Of a stretch of DNA of 60,190 nucleotides, positions 27,698 through 36,928 are shown one piece after another. The position numbers and the translations under genes were made by a program. The stretch is from the IMG/VR virus record IMGVR_UViG_3300049448_000391; one strand, given 5' to 3'. Below the pieces are notes generated by a model, which saw only the letters and a list, made by a program, of their open reading frames with translations, ran no database searches and was not told where the DNA came from. Origin of the DNA: a virus. Numbering within the stretch: the stretch's first letter is position 1; each line of letters opens with the position of its first letter.

Positions 27698-29205
27698 TGG
27701 CACTCCCTCAGCTCAACATCCCGTTCGTCCCCGCAACGCAGGAGCAGATCCGCGACGCGATCCTCGCCGACTACCGGCTCGAGATGATCAAGACGACGGG
27801 TCTCGAGCCCGCGGTGCAGCCCGGCACGGAAGCCTGGTGCTGGGCGACGGCGCACGCCGGGATCTCGATGCTCGAATTCTCGAACATCGAGCTTTCGCGC
27901 GACGCGATCACTCCGCTGAACGCGACGGGCCAGGACCTGGAGAACTGGCGCCTCGCGCTCGGTCTTCCGGAGGTCAAGCCGTCGCCCTCGACGGGCAAGA
28001 TCGTCGTCTCTGTGGTCGGCACGAGCTCGCTCGCTGACGGCGAGCCATTCACGCTCCCGAACGGACTCCGCGGGAAAGTCTCGGGGGCATGGGCCGGCCT
28101 CGTCGAAGGCAGCGAGGTCGACGCCGTCACGGTCGATACGGGAAGCGCCACGGTGTTCGACGGCGGCACGCCCGTGCGCTTCGTCGCGCCGCCCCTCAAT
28201 ATCAACACGGCCGCGACGGTCTCCAGGAACTCACCGCTTCGCGGTGGACTCGACAAGGAGAACGACGACCGGAAGCGCTCGCGCATCCTCAACACGCTCG
28301 CCAACAAGCCGGGCGGCGGCAACTGGGGGCAGATGCGGCAGATCGCGCTCGACGCGCTCGCGAGCGTCCAGGATTGCTACGTCTATCCGGCACTCGGTGG
28401 GCCCGCTTCAGCGAAGGTCGTGCCCGTCAGGGACTTCGACCCGAGCAAGCGAGAGTTCACCCGCGTCATGTCGGCGGCCGCGCTGACGATCGTCCGAACG
28501 GCGCTTTACAACCAGCTCCCGGACGGCATCGAGGTCGTCGTCGAGGCGCCCGCCGATCAGCCCGTAGACGTCGCGCTTACGGTGACGATCCCGCTGTCGT
28601 CTCTCCAGGGCGGCAACGGAAACGGCTGGGTCGATCAGCTCGTGTGGCCGAACCTCAGCGGAGACACGAAGGTGACGGTCACCGGCGTGACGTCGAGCAA
28701 CGTCATCACGGTTTCCGCGCTCACTGCCACGGCGCCGATCTCCGGCCAGACGCACATCGTGTGGTGGTCACCGAAGGATCGGAAGTTCCGGCAGTACCTG
28801 GTCACCGCCGTAACTGGAGGCTCGGGGGCATGGGTGCTGACGCTCGACCGCCCGCTCATCGCCGACGACGGGACGCTCGTCGCGACCGGCGACTACATCA
28901 GCCCGGCCGCCGTCAACAGCATCTCCTACGGCACGAGCTGGGTGAACTCGCTGCGCGCGATCGGGCCTGCCGAGAACACGACGGACGCAAACCGCATCCC
29001 GCGAGCGAAGCGACACCCGTACATCGCCGACCAGGCGCCGTCGGACCTCACCTTCCTCATGCTCCAGTCATTCCGGAACGGGCACCCTGAGGTGACGGAC
29101 ATCAATTGGAGCGCGCGCTCCGCGACGACGCCGACCGTTCCCGCAAGCGTCGCGAGTTTCGTCAACGTCTTCGTGCCGCAGCACTTCGGGATCTACTCGA
29201 CCTAA
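27697..29205 (+). CDS. Baseplate J-like protein (Mu gp47)
   Basis: 502 aa; the N-terminal region and position are typical of baseplate J. Confidence 0.65.
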   Translation: MALPQLNIPFVPATQEQIRDAILADYRLEMIKTTGLEPAVQPGTEAWCWATAHAGISMLEFSNIELSRDAITPLNATGQDLENWRLALGLPEVKPSPSTGKIVVSVVGTSSLADGEPFTLPNGLRGKVSGAWAGLVEGSEVDAVTVDTGSATVFDGGTPVRFVAPPLNINTAATVSRNSPLRGGLDKENDDRKRSRILNTLANKPGGGNWGQMRQIALDALASVQDCYVYPALGGPASAKVVPVRDFDPSKREFTRVMSAAALTIVRTALYNQLPDGIEVVVEAPADQPVDVALTVTIPLSSLQGGNGNGWVDQLVWPNLSGDTKVTVTGVTSSNVITVSALTATAPISGQTHIVWWSPKDRKFRQYLVTAVTGGSGAWVLTLDRPLIADDGTLVATGDYISPAAVNSISYGTSWVNSLRAIGPAENTTDANRIPRAKRHPYIADQAPSDLTFLMLQSFRNGHPEVTDINWSARSATTPTVPASVASFVNVFVPQHFGIYST

Positions 29206-29777
29206 TGGCCATCGTTCCCACAGGCGCGCCCGCGTGGGTCCGTTCATCGGATCACACGACGTACGGCGGCGACCAGAACAAGACGAACTGGCACACCCAG
29301 GGCGCCACGAACCCGCGCACTGACGTCGCCGCCGAGGCGTTCTGTCGACTCGCCGACGACCTTGCGGCGTGCATGCGCACGGCGCCGTTCTGCACGCTCA
29401 CGATGACGTGCGACGACGCGACGCCTGCGAATCCGAGCGTTACCGTCGTCAATCAGATGACGGGCGTCCGCGTCACGTCGTACGCCGGAGGATCTCCGCC
29501 GGCCGGCTTCCCGACGTGCATCCGGAACGGCAACGGCGACGTCACGATCACCTGGGCGACGAGCTACACGGACGACTACGGCGTCGCGGGAAACGTCCAC
29601 ATCGTGCACCACGAGATCACTGCGCACGGCTCGGTCGCGCTCATTCCTGTCGGCGTTCTGACGGACACGAACGTCGACGGGCTGAACGAGGCCGTCCGGG
29701 TCCGCATCTTCACGACTGCCGGCGCCGCGGCCGCTAGCCCGACGTTCTCGCTATCGGTCTGCACGGGCACCGCATGA
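29205..29777 (+). CDS. Hypothetical baseplate-module protein
   Basis: ATG 29205 in TAATG overlap; 190 aa. Confidence 0.5.
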   Translation: MAIVPTGAPAWVRSSDHTTYGGDQNKTNWHTQGATNPRTDVAAEAFCRLADDLAACMRTAPFCTLTMTCDDATPANPSVTVVNQMTGVRVTSYAGGSPPAGFPTCIRNGNGDVTITWATSYTDDYGVAGNVHIVHHEITAHGSVALIPVGVLTDTNVDGLNEAVRVRIFTTAGAAAASPTFSLSVCTGTA

Positions 29778-30223
29778 GCGGGTTCGGTGCGTTCTGCCCG
29801 ATGCCGCTCCGGCTCGGAGGCTCGCAGACGGAAGGCTGGACGGCGCAACAGCACGCGCGCGTGGTCGCCGATCGGACGGCACTCGTCCGCGCGAGTCACT
29901 TCGCGTGGCTCACGTTCACACTCTCCGCGGGCGTCATCACGCGCCACTCGTACAACGGCATGCCTGGCAACGGCCTCGCGTTTGCGCCGACTGGCGTCGT
30001 CATCGGCACGGGTCACACGCAGTGGACGTGGCCTGCGAGCCAGGCCGACTCGTACGAGGTCCTCGAGCCCGTAGCGCTCCGGCAGGCGAAGGTCAGCCCG
30101 CACGGCACGACCGCACTCATCGGTACCGCCGTAGTTGCAGCGGGCCGCAACGTCGTGGACGTCTACACGTTCGACAACACGGGTGCGGCTGCGAACTGCA
30201 AGGCGACGCTGAGGGTCGCGTGA
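29774..30223 (+). CDS. Hypothetical baseplate-module protein
   Basis: 149 aa with ATGA overlap. Confidence 0.5.
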   Translation: MSGFGAFCPMPLRLGGSQTEGWTAQQHARVVADRTALVRASHFAWLTFTLSAGVITRHSYNGMPGNGLAFAPTGVVIGTGHTQWTWPASQADSYEVLEPVALRQAKVSPHGTTALIGTAVVAAGRNVVDVYTFDNTGAAANCKATLRVA

Positions 30224-31002
30224 CGACGCCGAACACAACGCAGGTCCCGAACGGGCGTCCGGCGTGGAGCCGCACGGCTGTGATCGGGGACTGCGACGGC
30301 GCGACGGACAAGCAGGACACGGCGACCGAGCAGATCCCCTACGCGTGGATCGCTTACCAGGAATACACGGGCGCCATGGGGTCGGCGTTCACGATCCTCG
30401 CGACGGGCGCCGTGCACTGCCGGAAGCTCGCTCTGGGTCGCCTCGCTGCGGCCATTGTGCGCGGCGCGGAGAAGATCAACGCGAACAGCGTGCCCGTCAC
30501 CGCCGACGACATGCTCGGCGAGTGGGTGCAGATCCTGCAGCTGCGGATCACGGGCACAGAGACGAAACAGGACATCCGGATCCGCGCCGCCGCGAAGTTC
30601 TCGACGGCCAAGGGCGCGGCGCGGCCGCAGGTCGACCAGGTCTGCTCGGATCTGCTTGGCACGTACTTCGTCGGGATCATCCGCAACCAAGGCGTCGATC
30701 TCGCGAACCCGCCTCCGAACACGAAGTGGCCCGGCATCGCTCCAGGCCCAGCGTCCTATGCAATCAGCAGCGACGCATGGTTCAGCGAGCGCTCTAGCGT
30801 CTTCGTGAGCGTGAAGGGACCCAGCGACATCCGCGACGCGACGTTTTCGCAACTCGTGAACGTCGAGCTCTTCAACGAGCTCGATCGAACGCTGCCCGGC
30901 TGGTGCGTGCCCGGATGGTCTGTCGGAACCGGATTCGTCCTCGACGGCTATCCGCTGAATACCCCGTCGCCGAGCCGACTCGACTTCAGTGGCCTCTTTT
31001 GA
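30220..31002 (+). CDS. Mu gp48-like (DUF2313-type) baseplate/tail protein
   Basis: GTG 30220 in GTGA overlap; DDMLGEWVQILQL resembles the gp48 family N-region. Confidence 0.5.
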   Translation: MTTPNTTQVPNGRPAWSRTAVIGDCDGATDKQDTATEQIPYAWIAYQEYTGAMGSAFTILATGAVHCRKLALGRLAAAIVRGAEKINANSVPVTADDMLGEWVQILQLRITGTETKQDIRIRAAAKFSTAKGAARPQVDQVCSDLLGTYFVGIIRNQGVDLANPPPNTKWPGIAPGPASYAISSDAWFSERSSVFVSVKGPSDIRDATFSQLVNVELFNELDRTLPGWCVPGWSVGTGFVLDGYPLNTPSPSRLDFSGLF

Positions 31003-31019
31003 TCGCGAGCTGAGAGCAC

Positions 31020-31616
31020 ATGGCATTCACCAGAGTAAATCCCGGAGGCTGGCCACTCGGCGCGCTGCTCACCAGCACGCAGATGAACTCGCTCGACACC
31101 AACGTGTCGAACGCCATCGACAATCGCGTAGGCGCGCTGGATATCGCGGCGCGCCCGACCGTGCAGCGGTATTCGGCGATGCCGCCAGTAGCGCCGGTCC
31201 CGGCGTCGTGGACGCTGACGGGGCACAACGCGATTACGACCGTCAACACCCTCGCGACGCTCTACTGGATGATCGCGCCGCCGAATGGCTCGACGATCAC
31301 GGCGATGTTCGTCTGGTTGAAGGGCGCCGGTGGCCACGGCGCCCTACCCGGAACGATGCCAACGCTCCAGGCGTTCAAGGTCGCCACTGACAGCACGGTG
31401 ACTGTCCTGCAGACCGTGACGGACTCGTCGGGGACGACTGGCGTGTACCAGGCCCCGCACACCATGAACGCCGGATCGTTGTCCGAGGTCGTGGACAACA
31501 CGGCCTTCCGGTACGGCGTCGCCATCACCACTGAGGCGGTCTCCAACAACCTGTCAGGCGCGACGTACATGTCGTGCGGATACATCTGCGCGCTCTCGAA
31601 GCTCGACGAAGTCTGA
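31020..31616 (+). CDS. Tail fibre-module protein
   Basis: 198-aa ORF after the baseplate genes. Confidence 0.5.
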   Translation: MAFTRVNPGGWPLGALLTSTQMNSLDTNVSNAIDNRVGALDIAARPTVQRYSAMPPVAPVPASWTLTGHNAITTVNTLATLYWMIAPPNGSTITAMFVWLKGAGGHGALPGTMPTLQAFKVATDSTVTVLQTVTDSSGTTGVYQAPHTMNAGSLSEVVDNTAFRYGVAITTEAVSNNLSGATYMSCGYICALSKLDEV

Positions 31617-31619
31617 TCA

Positions 31620-32753
31620 GTGCCGCTAGCGATCACACAAACGCCGACCTACCCGGTCGTCACGAAGGGCGCCCGTCTGACCTTCACGCCCGGCGCGGGC
31701 GGCAATTTCGTCCGCGTCTGGTGCACGGACGCGCCCGTCGGATCGGACCTCCGATCGAAGATCGAAGGCGTCGCGAGCGCGGCGCAGATCTCCGCGGGTA
31801 CGGCACGCTTCCAGATCTTCGAGGGCGACGCGGCATCGGCCCCGGCGTCCGGTACGCCGTTCGATCTCAAGCCCGACGTGCCGGGCAAGTACGTCATCGC
31901 CGCGCAGGAGTACACGAAGGGTGCGTCGGCCTACGGCGGCGCGTATCAGGGCGATCCGCGCGGCTTCACCGCAGAGACGAAGCTCGGATCCGAGGCATCG
32001 ATCACGGTCGTCTTCGGCGACCGCGTGACGATCCAGCTCGGCGTGCCACCGGATACGGCGACCCTCGTTCTCTGGGTGTGGGACTCCAACATCCGCGCGA
32101 CGACGCTCGCTCTCCACGGTGAGCACAGCCCGGCGATCGCGAAGCCGAGCACGGCCGCTGCCACGACTGCAGCGCGAAACCTTGGAGTGGTCGCGGGTCT
32201 CGGAACGCTCATCGACGCGACGGTGACGAGCGCGATCGGCTCCGACTACGTCGCGATGATCAACGACTTCGGCAGCAAGTACAACGCGCACATCGGAAGC
32301 CTGGTGTTCCACGCGGCCGCCGACACCTTCAACGGCCTCCCTGTAGCGTACGGGTCGCCGGGCTCGAAGGCGGGGATCGCGAAGTCACTCTCGAAGATCT
32401 TCGAGCTGCTGACCGCGCACATGAAGAACGACAAGCGCGACGGGAACGGGACCGGCGGCGGTCTGTGGCACACGCTCGTCGACAGCATCAATCTGCCTGC
32501 TGCTCCGCCGTCCGCGGACATGTCCGGATCGTTCGCGGAGATGGCGAGCATCTACGGCGCGTACGAGCACCATCGCACGAACGTCACCTCGCACGTCGCA
32601 CCTGACGGAACCGCGCTCACGACGCCGGCGCTGCTCTTCGTGCTCCAGGCGGCGTTCATCTACTCGACGCTCGCGACGGGGCCGACCGCGGCAGCAACCG
32701 AAAACCCGGGCGCCGTGGCTCTCGTGAATCTCGCGGGCGCAAAGAAAGGCTGA
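31620..32753 (+). CDS. Tail fibre-module protein
   Basis: 377-aa ORF with GTG start. Confidence 0.5.
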   Translation: MPLAITQTPTYPVVTKGARLTFTPGAGGNFVRVWCTDAPVGSDLRSKIEGVASAAQISAGTARFQIFEGDAASAPASGTPFDLKPDVPGKYVIAAQEYTKGASAYGGAYQGDPRGFTAETKLGSEASITVVFGDRVTIQLGVPPDTATLVLWVWDSNIRATTLALHGEHSPAIAKPSTAAATTAARNLGVVAGLGTLIDATVTSAIGSDYVAMINDFGSKYNAHIGSLVFHAAADTFNGLPVAYGSPGSKAGIAKSLSKIFELLTAHMKNDKRDGNGTGGGLWHTLVDSINLPAAPPSADMSGSFAEMASIYGAYEHHRTNVTSHVAPDGTALTTPALLFVLQAAFIYSTLATGPTAAATENPGAVALVNLAGAKKG

Positions 32754-32756
32754 GCA

Positions 32757-33206
32757 GTGGCAGGCATTCTAGCTATCTCGGCGGCCGTCCCGACGCCGGG
32801 AACGGCTGCGAACAACGCCGTCGCCGGCTACATCACGGCGCAGCAGATCTCGCTCTCCACGACGCCGACCGGGGCTGCGTACGTCTGGAGCCTCTCGGTC
32901 CCTGCAGGTTCGACCGTTGCGCGCTCCGGCCTCACGGCTGCGAGCGGCGCGACGAGCAGCTTCACTCCTGACGTCGCCGGCGAGTACGTCGTCATCTGCA
33001 CGGTCGACTCCGTCACGACGTACACGATCCGCTGCAGCGTCACGGCTGTCACCGCGGTGAACGCGACGGGGGCAACGCGCTACCTGCCCGTCCCGGACGC
33101 GAGCGTCACGGCGCCGGCGACCGGGTGCGTTCTCTACATGTCGAGCACGACGAACAAGCTCAGCGTGAAGTTCCCCAACAACTCGATCCAAACGCTGACG
33201 GTCTAG
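32757..33206 (+). CDS. Ig/PKD-like tail fibre-module protein
   Basis: 149 aa; SSFTPDVAGEYVVICTV resembles PKD/Ig-like strands. Confidence 0.45.
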   Translation: MAGILAISAAVPTPGTAANNAVAGYITAQQISLSTTPTGAAYVWSLSVPAGSTVARSGLTAASGATSSFTPDVAGEYVVICTVDSVTTYTIRCSVTAVTAVNATGATRYLPVPDASVTAPATGCVLYMSSTTNKLSVKFPNNSIQTLTV

Positions 33207-33207
33207 C

Positions 33208-34050
33208 ATGGCAAGCGCAGCATTTACCGTTAACGGTGGCAGCTCTCCGCAGACCTGCGCAGCCGGCTCCCTCGTCACGCTCGCGCTCACGAGCACGACC
33301 GGCGTCGGCACCGTCACGTGGTCGATCATCGGGAGCAGCGACTCGTCGAAGGTCGCTCCGACGATCACGCCGACGGGCTCGCCGAACGGCGCGACGGCGA
33401 CGTTCACGATGAACACGCCGGTCGGCTCCGTCGGGCTGACGTGGCTCGTCCGATGCGTCATCAACGGCGGCGTCGATTCCGCCGGCCAGGCCGTTGCCGC
33501 TTACACCGCTACGGCCGTCGTAGGCGTCGTCAACTCGACCGGGATCCTTCCGTTCGCGTTCGGCGAGAGCCTCGAACGGAATGCCGTCACCGGGATCGCT
33601 AACGACCTCAACACGGCGATGGCCTCGAGCGGAGCCGGCACGACGGGACCGGTCGCGACCGTCGCTTCCACATTCTCGACGACGGCCGGGAACGTCGACG
33701 CAACGGTCTACACGATCCCAGCATCGCCGAGCGGCGCGGGTCGCTTCGTGCTCTCGGTGCCGCGCGTGCGACTCAACACGGCGATCGTCGGCACCGGCAA
33801 CGTCACCGTCACCGTCGGCATCGCAGCGGGCGGCACGGAGTACGTGCTCGCCGTCGTGCTCAACAACGCCACTGCGGTCGGCATCGTCGCCGGTCTCGCT
33901 CTGTCGACCTACGGAACGGCGCTGCTGATCGGCAACGGCTACCAGGTCGATCTCGCTGCAGGCGCGACCATCACGGTGCGCTGGGCGACTGCCGGCACCA
34001 TCTCCGCGGGCGCGGGCGAGGTTGCCGTGTTCGGGCAGACGATCCCGTGA
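33208..34050 (+). CDS. Tail fibre-module protein
   Basis: 280 aa, Thr/Ala/Gly-rich beta-like sequence. Confidence 0.5.
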   Translation: MASAAFTVNGGSSPQTCAAGSLVTLALTSTTGVGTVTWSIIGSSDSSKVAPTITPTGSPNGATATFTMNTPVGSVGLTWLVRCVINGGVDSAGQAVAAYTATAVVGVVNSTGILPFAFGESLERNAVTGIANDLNTAMASSGAGTTGPVATVASTFSTTAGNVDATVYTIPASPSGAGRFVLSVPRVRLNTAIVGTGNVTVTVGIAAGGTEYVLAVVLNNATAVGIVAGLALSTYGTALLIGNGYQVDLAAGATITVRWATAGTISAGAGEVAVFGQTIP

Positions 34051-34853
34051 TCATCCACGGCATCCCGAAATGGCAGCCGTCGGACGACCTGCCGGACATC
34101 TGGCTCGACGCGACGAACACGAGCACGGGTTCGCTCAAGGACTCGGGCGGATCGGCGATCACGAACAACGCGACCGTCGGGCACTGGATCAGCCAGGGCG
34201 GTTCCGCGTTCGACCTGGTGCAATGGGGCGCCAACAATCGTCCGACTTGGGTAACCAACGGGATCGTAGGCAAGGCATCGGTTAAATTCGTCTCCGCATC
34301 CTCGCAAATCCTCGCACTCGTCACGCCTGGCGGGATGACGAGCATGACCGGGATTTCGGTCCTGATGGTCTATCAGCGAGCTAGCACGCCAGGCGGTGGC
34401 TCGCTGGCGTTCGGACTGATGACCCCGCACGAATCGGGGAACGCCGACACGACGCTCGTCTATTGCGCCGCAGATGATTTCTCGCTTGGCGGTCGGCGAC
34501 TACAAGCAGACTCGTTTCAAGCCGGCAATTCCGGGTCGATGACGAACGGCGTACCCGGGCTTTTCGCTGGAACGTTGGACTGGTCCAACGCCAAGACGAC
34601 CTTTCTGAGGAACGGGAAAGTCGTCACGCGCTCCGCGAGCTTTCAGACATCAGGAACGACGGCGGCCATCGCACCGCACGCGATCATGGTCGGAGGCTTC
34701 GCCTTCGAGAGCGGGACCGCTACAGGCTCGAATTTCGACGGATTCATTTCAGAGATCCTCGTCTACAAAAACCGTGTTCTGACGGCCGATGAGATGTGCG
34801 TGCGTGCCGCCTATCTCGCGGTGAAGTGGAACCCGAACCCGCCGGTGTTCTGA
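34047..34853 (+). CDS. LamG/concanavalin-A-like lectin domain protein
   Basis: GTG start in GTGA overlap; C-terminal FDGFISEILVYKNRVLTADEM is typical of LamG_3-type domains. Confidence 0.55.
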   Translation: MIIHGIPKWQPSDDLPDIWLDATNTSTGSLKDSGGSAITNNATVGHWISQGGSAFDLVQWGANNRPTWVTNGIVGKASVKFVSASSQILALVTPGGMTSMTGISVLMVYQRASTPGGGSLAFGLMTPHESGNADTTLVYCAADDFSLGGRRLQADSFQAGNSGSMTNGVPGLFAGTLDWSNAKTTFLRNGKVVTRSASFQTSGTTAAIAPHAIMVGGFAFESGTATGSNFDGFISEILVYKNRVLTADEMCVRAAYLAVKWNPNPPVF

Positions 34854-34856
34854 ACT

Positions 34857-35912
34857 ATGCAACACGCACTCAGGATCGGGATCGGCTACTCGGCGGTCGC
34901 TTGCAATGCAGGCAGCGATAACCCGATTGCCGCGCAGATCTACACCGCGAGCGGTGGCGGGACGGTGCCCGCCGGCGCGACCTCGGTCTACTGCTTCGTT
35001 CGACCCGGAGCCGGTGGCGGAGCATCTGGCGGGGGTGGCGGTGGTGGCTTTGGCGGCGCGACGGGCGGAGGCGGAGGCGGTGGCGGTGGCGGCGGCTCCG
35101 GTGCTCCGTGCGTCGGCGAGTGGACCGACTGCCCGATCGCAGTGACCGCCGGGCAATCGATCACCGTAGTCATTGGCGCTGGCGGGCTCGCGGGTGCGAC
35201 GGGCGGATCTGCGGGAGCGGCGGGCGGTGCTGGCGGCGCTGGTAGTGCCGGAGCGGCCGGCGGACTCACGTCGCTAACGATCAACGGCACGCTCGCGCTC
35301 CAAGCCTGTCAGGGCGCTTCGAATCAAGGCGGCACCGGCGGAAACGCTGGCGGCGGCGGCGGCGCTGGACTGGTCGGCGCAGGCGGCGCAGGCGGCACTG
35401 CCGGCGGTGCTCCGGCGACGAAATGGGGCATCAACGCAATCCTCGGACAGGCGGGGATAGTCGGGGGCGCTGGAGGTTTCACGTCGGGAGCCGCTGGCGG
35501 AAATAGCTCAGCGGGAGCCGCCGTAAACGCAACTCGATTCGGTGTGAGCCCAGTGATCAGCGCCATTTCACCAGGCGGACCTGGGGGCTCCGGTGACGGC
35601 ATCTCTCTCGGCGGTGGCGGAGGCGGCGGCCCCGGCGGCAGCGCAGGTCTCGGCGACGAGACCGTCGTGAACGGAGTCGCGGCCGCGAATGCGAACGGTA
35701 GAGGCGGCACCGGCGGCCACGGCGGAGCGTTCACTAACAACTCCGGCGGCCTCGCGGGGAGCGCGGGCGGCGCTGGCCTCGTCGGCCGCGGCGGTGGAGG
35801 CGGAGGCGGCGGCGGCGGTGGCGGAGCCGCGAACCCGACGGGCATGGTCGGACTCATCGGCGGGGTCGGAGGCGCGGGCGACGCAGGCATCCTGATTCTG
35901 ATCTTCACGTGA
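34857..35912 (+). CDS. Glycine-rich domain protein, paralogue 1
   Basis: 351 aa; IAAQIYTASGGGTVPAGAT, poly-Gly runs, GGHGGAFTNN, C-terminal ILILIFT; a paralogue of the next two genes. Confidence 0.75.
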   Translation: MQHALRIGIGYSAVACNAGSDNPIAAQIYTASGGGTVPAGATSVYCFVRPGAGGGASGGGGGGGFGGATGGGGGGGGGGGSGAPCVGEWTDCPIAVTAGQSITVVIGAGGLAGATGGSAGAAGGAGGAGSAGAAGGLTSLTINGTLALQACQGASNQGGTGGNAGGGGGAGLVGAGGAGGTAGGAPATKWGINAILGQAGIVGGAGGFTSGAAGGNSSAGAAVNATRFGVSPVISAISPGGPGGSGDGISLGGGGGGGPGGSAGLGDETVVNGVAAANANGRGGTGGHGGAFTNNSGGLAGSAGGAGLVGRGGGGGGGGGGGGAANPTGMVGLIGGVGGAGDAGILILIFT

Positions 35913-35919
35913 GAGATCA

Positions 35920-36921
35920 ATGACGATCGCAGCTCAAATCTATACGGCGAACGGCGGCGGCACGGTGCCCGTCGGCGCGACGATCTGCATGGCTTACATG
36001 CGCCCGGGCGCAGGCGGAGGAGCTAGCGGGACCGGCGGAGGAGCGGGCAACGGCGGCGCGACAGGCGGTGGCGGTGGTGGCGGCGGAGGTGGTGGCTCTG
36101 GTGCTCCGTGCGTCGGTGAGTGGGCCGCGCCCATCACCGTAGTCGGAGGCCAATCGATCACAGTCGCGATCGGCGCCGGCGGGATCGGCGGAACCCCTGG
36201 AGGCACGGGTGGCACGGGCGGGGCGGGCTCAGGTGGGGCAGGCGGCGTCGGCACCACGGGCGGCGTCGGGGGCGTTTCGTCTCTGACGATCAACTCGATT
36301 CTGGTCGCGCAGGCGGCCCAGGGCGCATCCGTGCAAGGAGCAAACGGCGGAGCCGCCAACGGCTCGGCCGCGGGAGGCGGCACCAACGCGGCGGGCGGCA
36401 CGCTCGGGTCGGCGAGCTCGCAAGGCGCCGTCAAATGGGGCACGGACGCGTTTACCGGACAGGCCGGAACGGCAGGATCTGCCGGCGGAGGAACCGCGGG
36501 ACAAACGGCCTCAAACACGGGCGCGAATCCGGCCCAAAATCCAGTCCGATTCGGCGCGGCACCTGCAATCGCAGCGGGCACTGCCGCCGTTGGTGGGACA
36601 GGAGACGCCGTCTCTCTCGGTGGTGGCGGAGCGGGCGGAGCAGGGGGCAGCACCAACCTCGGCGATGAGACGCTCATCGGTGGGGTGATGTCGTCCACGA
36701 CTGACGGCAAGGCTGGCGTGGGCGGTCACGGGGGCGCCTTCACGAACAACGCGTCTGGCACTGCAGGCGGCAACGGCAACGCGGGCACCAACGGTCGCGG
36801 CGGTGGTGGTGGCGGAGGCGGCGGCGGCGGTGGTGCAGCGAACCCGACCGGGCAGAACGGATTCGCCGGAGGAACGGGCGGCGCTGGTTCAGCGGGTCTA
36901 GTCGTCCTCCTTTTCAAGTGA
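35920..36921 (+). CDS. Glycine-rich domain protein, paralogue 2
   Basis: 333 aa; MTIAAQIYTANGGGTVPVGAT..., same motif order, C-terminal LVVLLFK. Confidence 0.75.
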   Translation: MTIAAQIYTANGGGTVPVGATICMAYMRPGAGGGASGTGGGAGNGGATGGGGGGGGGGGSGAPCVGEWAAPITVVGGQSITVAIGAGGIGGTPGGTGGTGGAGSGGAGGVGTTGGVGGVSSLTINSILVAQAAQGASVQGANGGAANGSAAGGGTNAAGGTLGSASSQGAVKWGTDAFTGQAGTAGSAGGGTAGQTASNTGANPAQNPVRFGAAPAIAAGTAAVGGTGDAVSLGGGGAGGAGGSTNLGDETLIGGVMSSTTDGKAGVGGHGGAFTNNASGTAGGNGNAGTNGRGGGGGGGGGGGGAANPTGQNGFAGGTGGAGSAGLVVLLFK

Positions 36922-36928
36922 TCCAACA

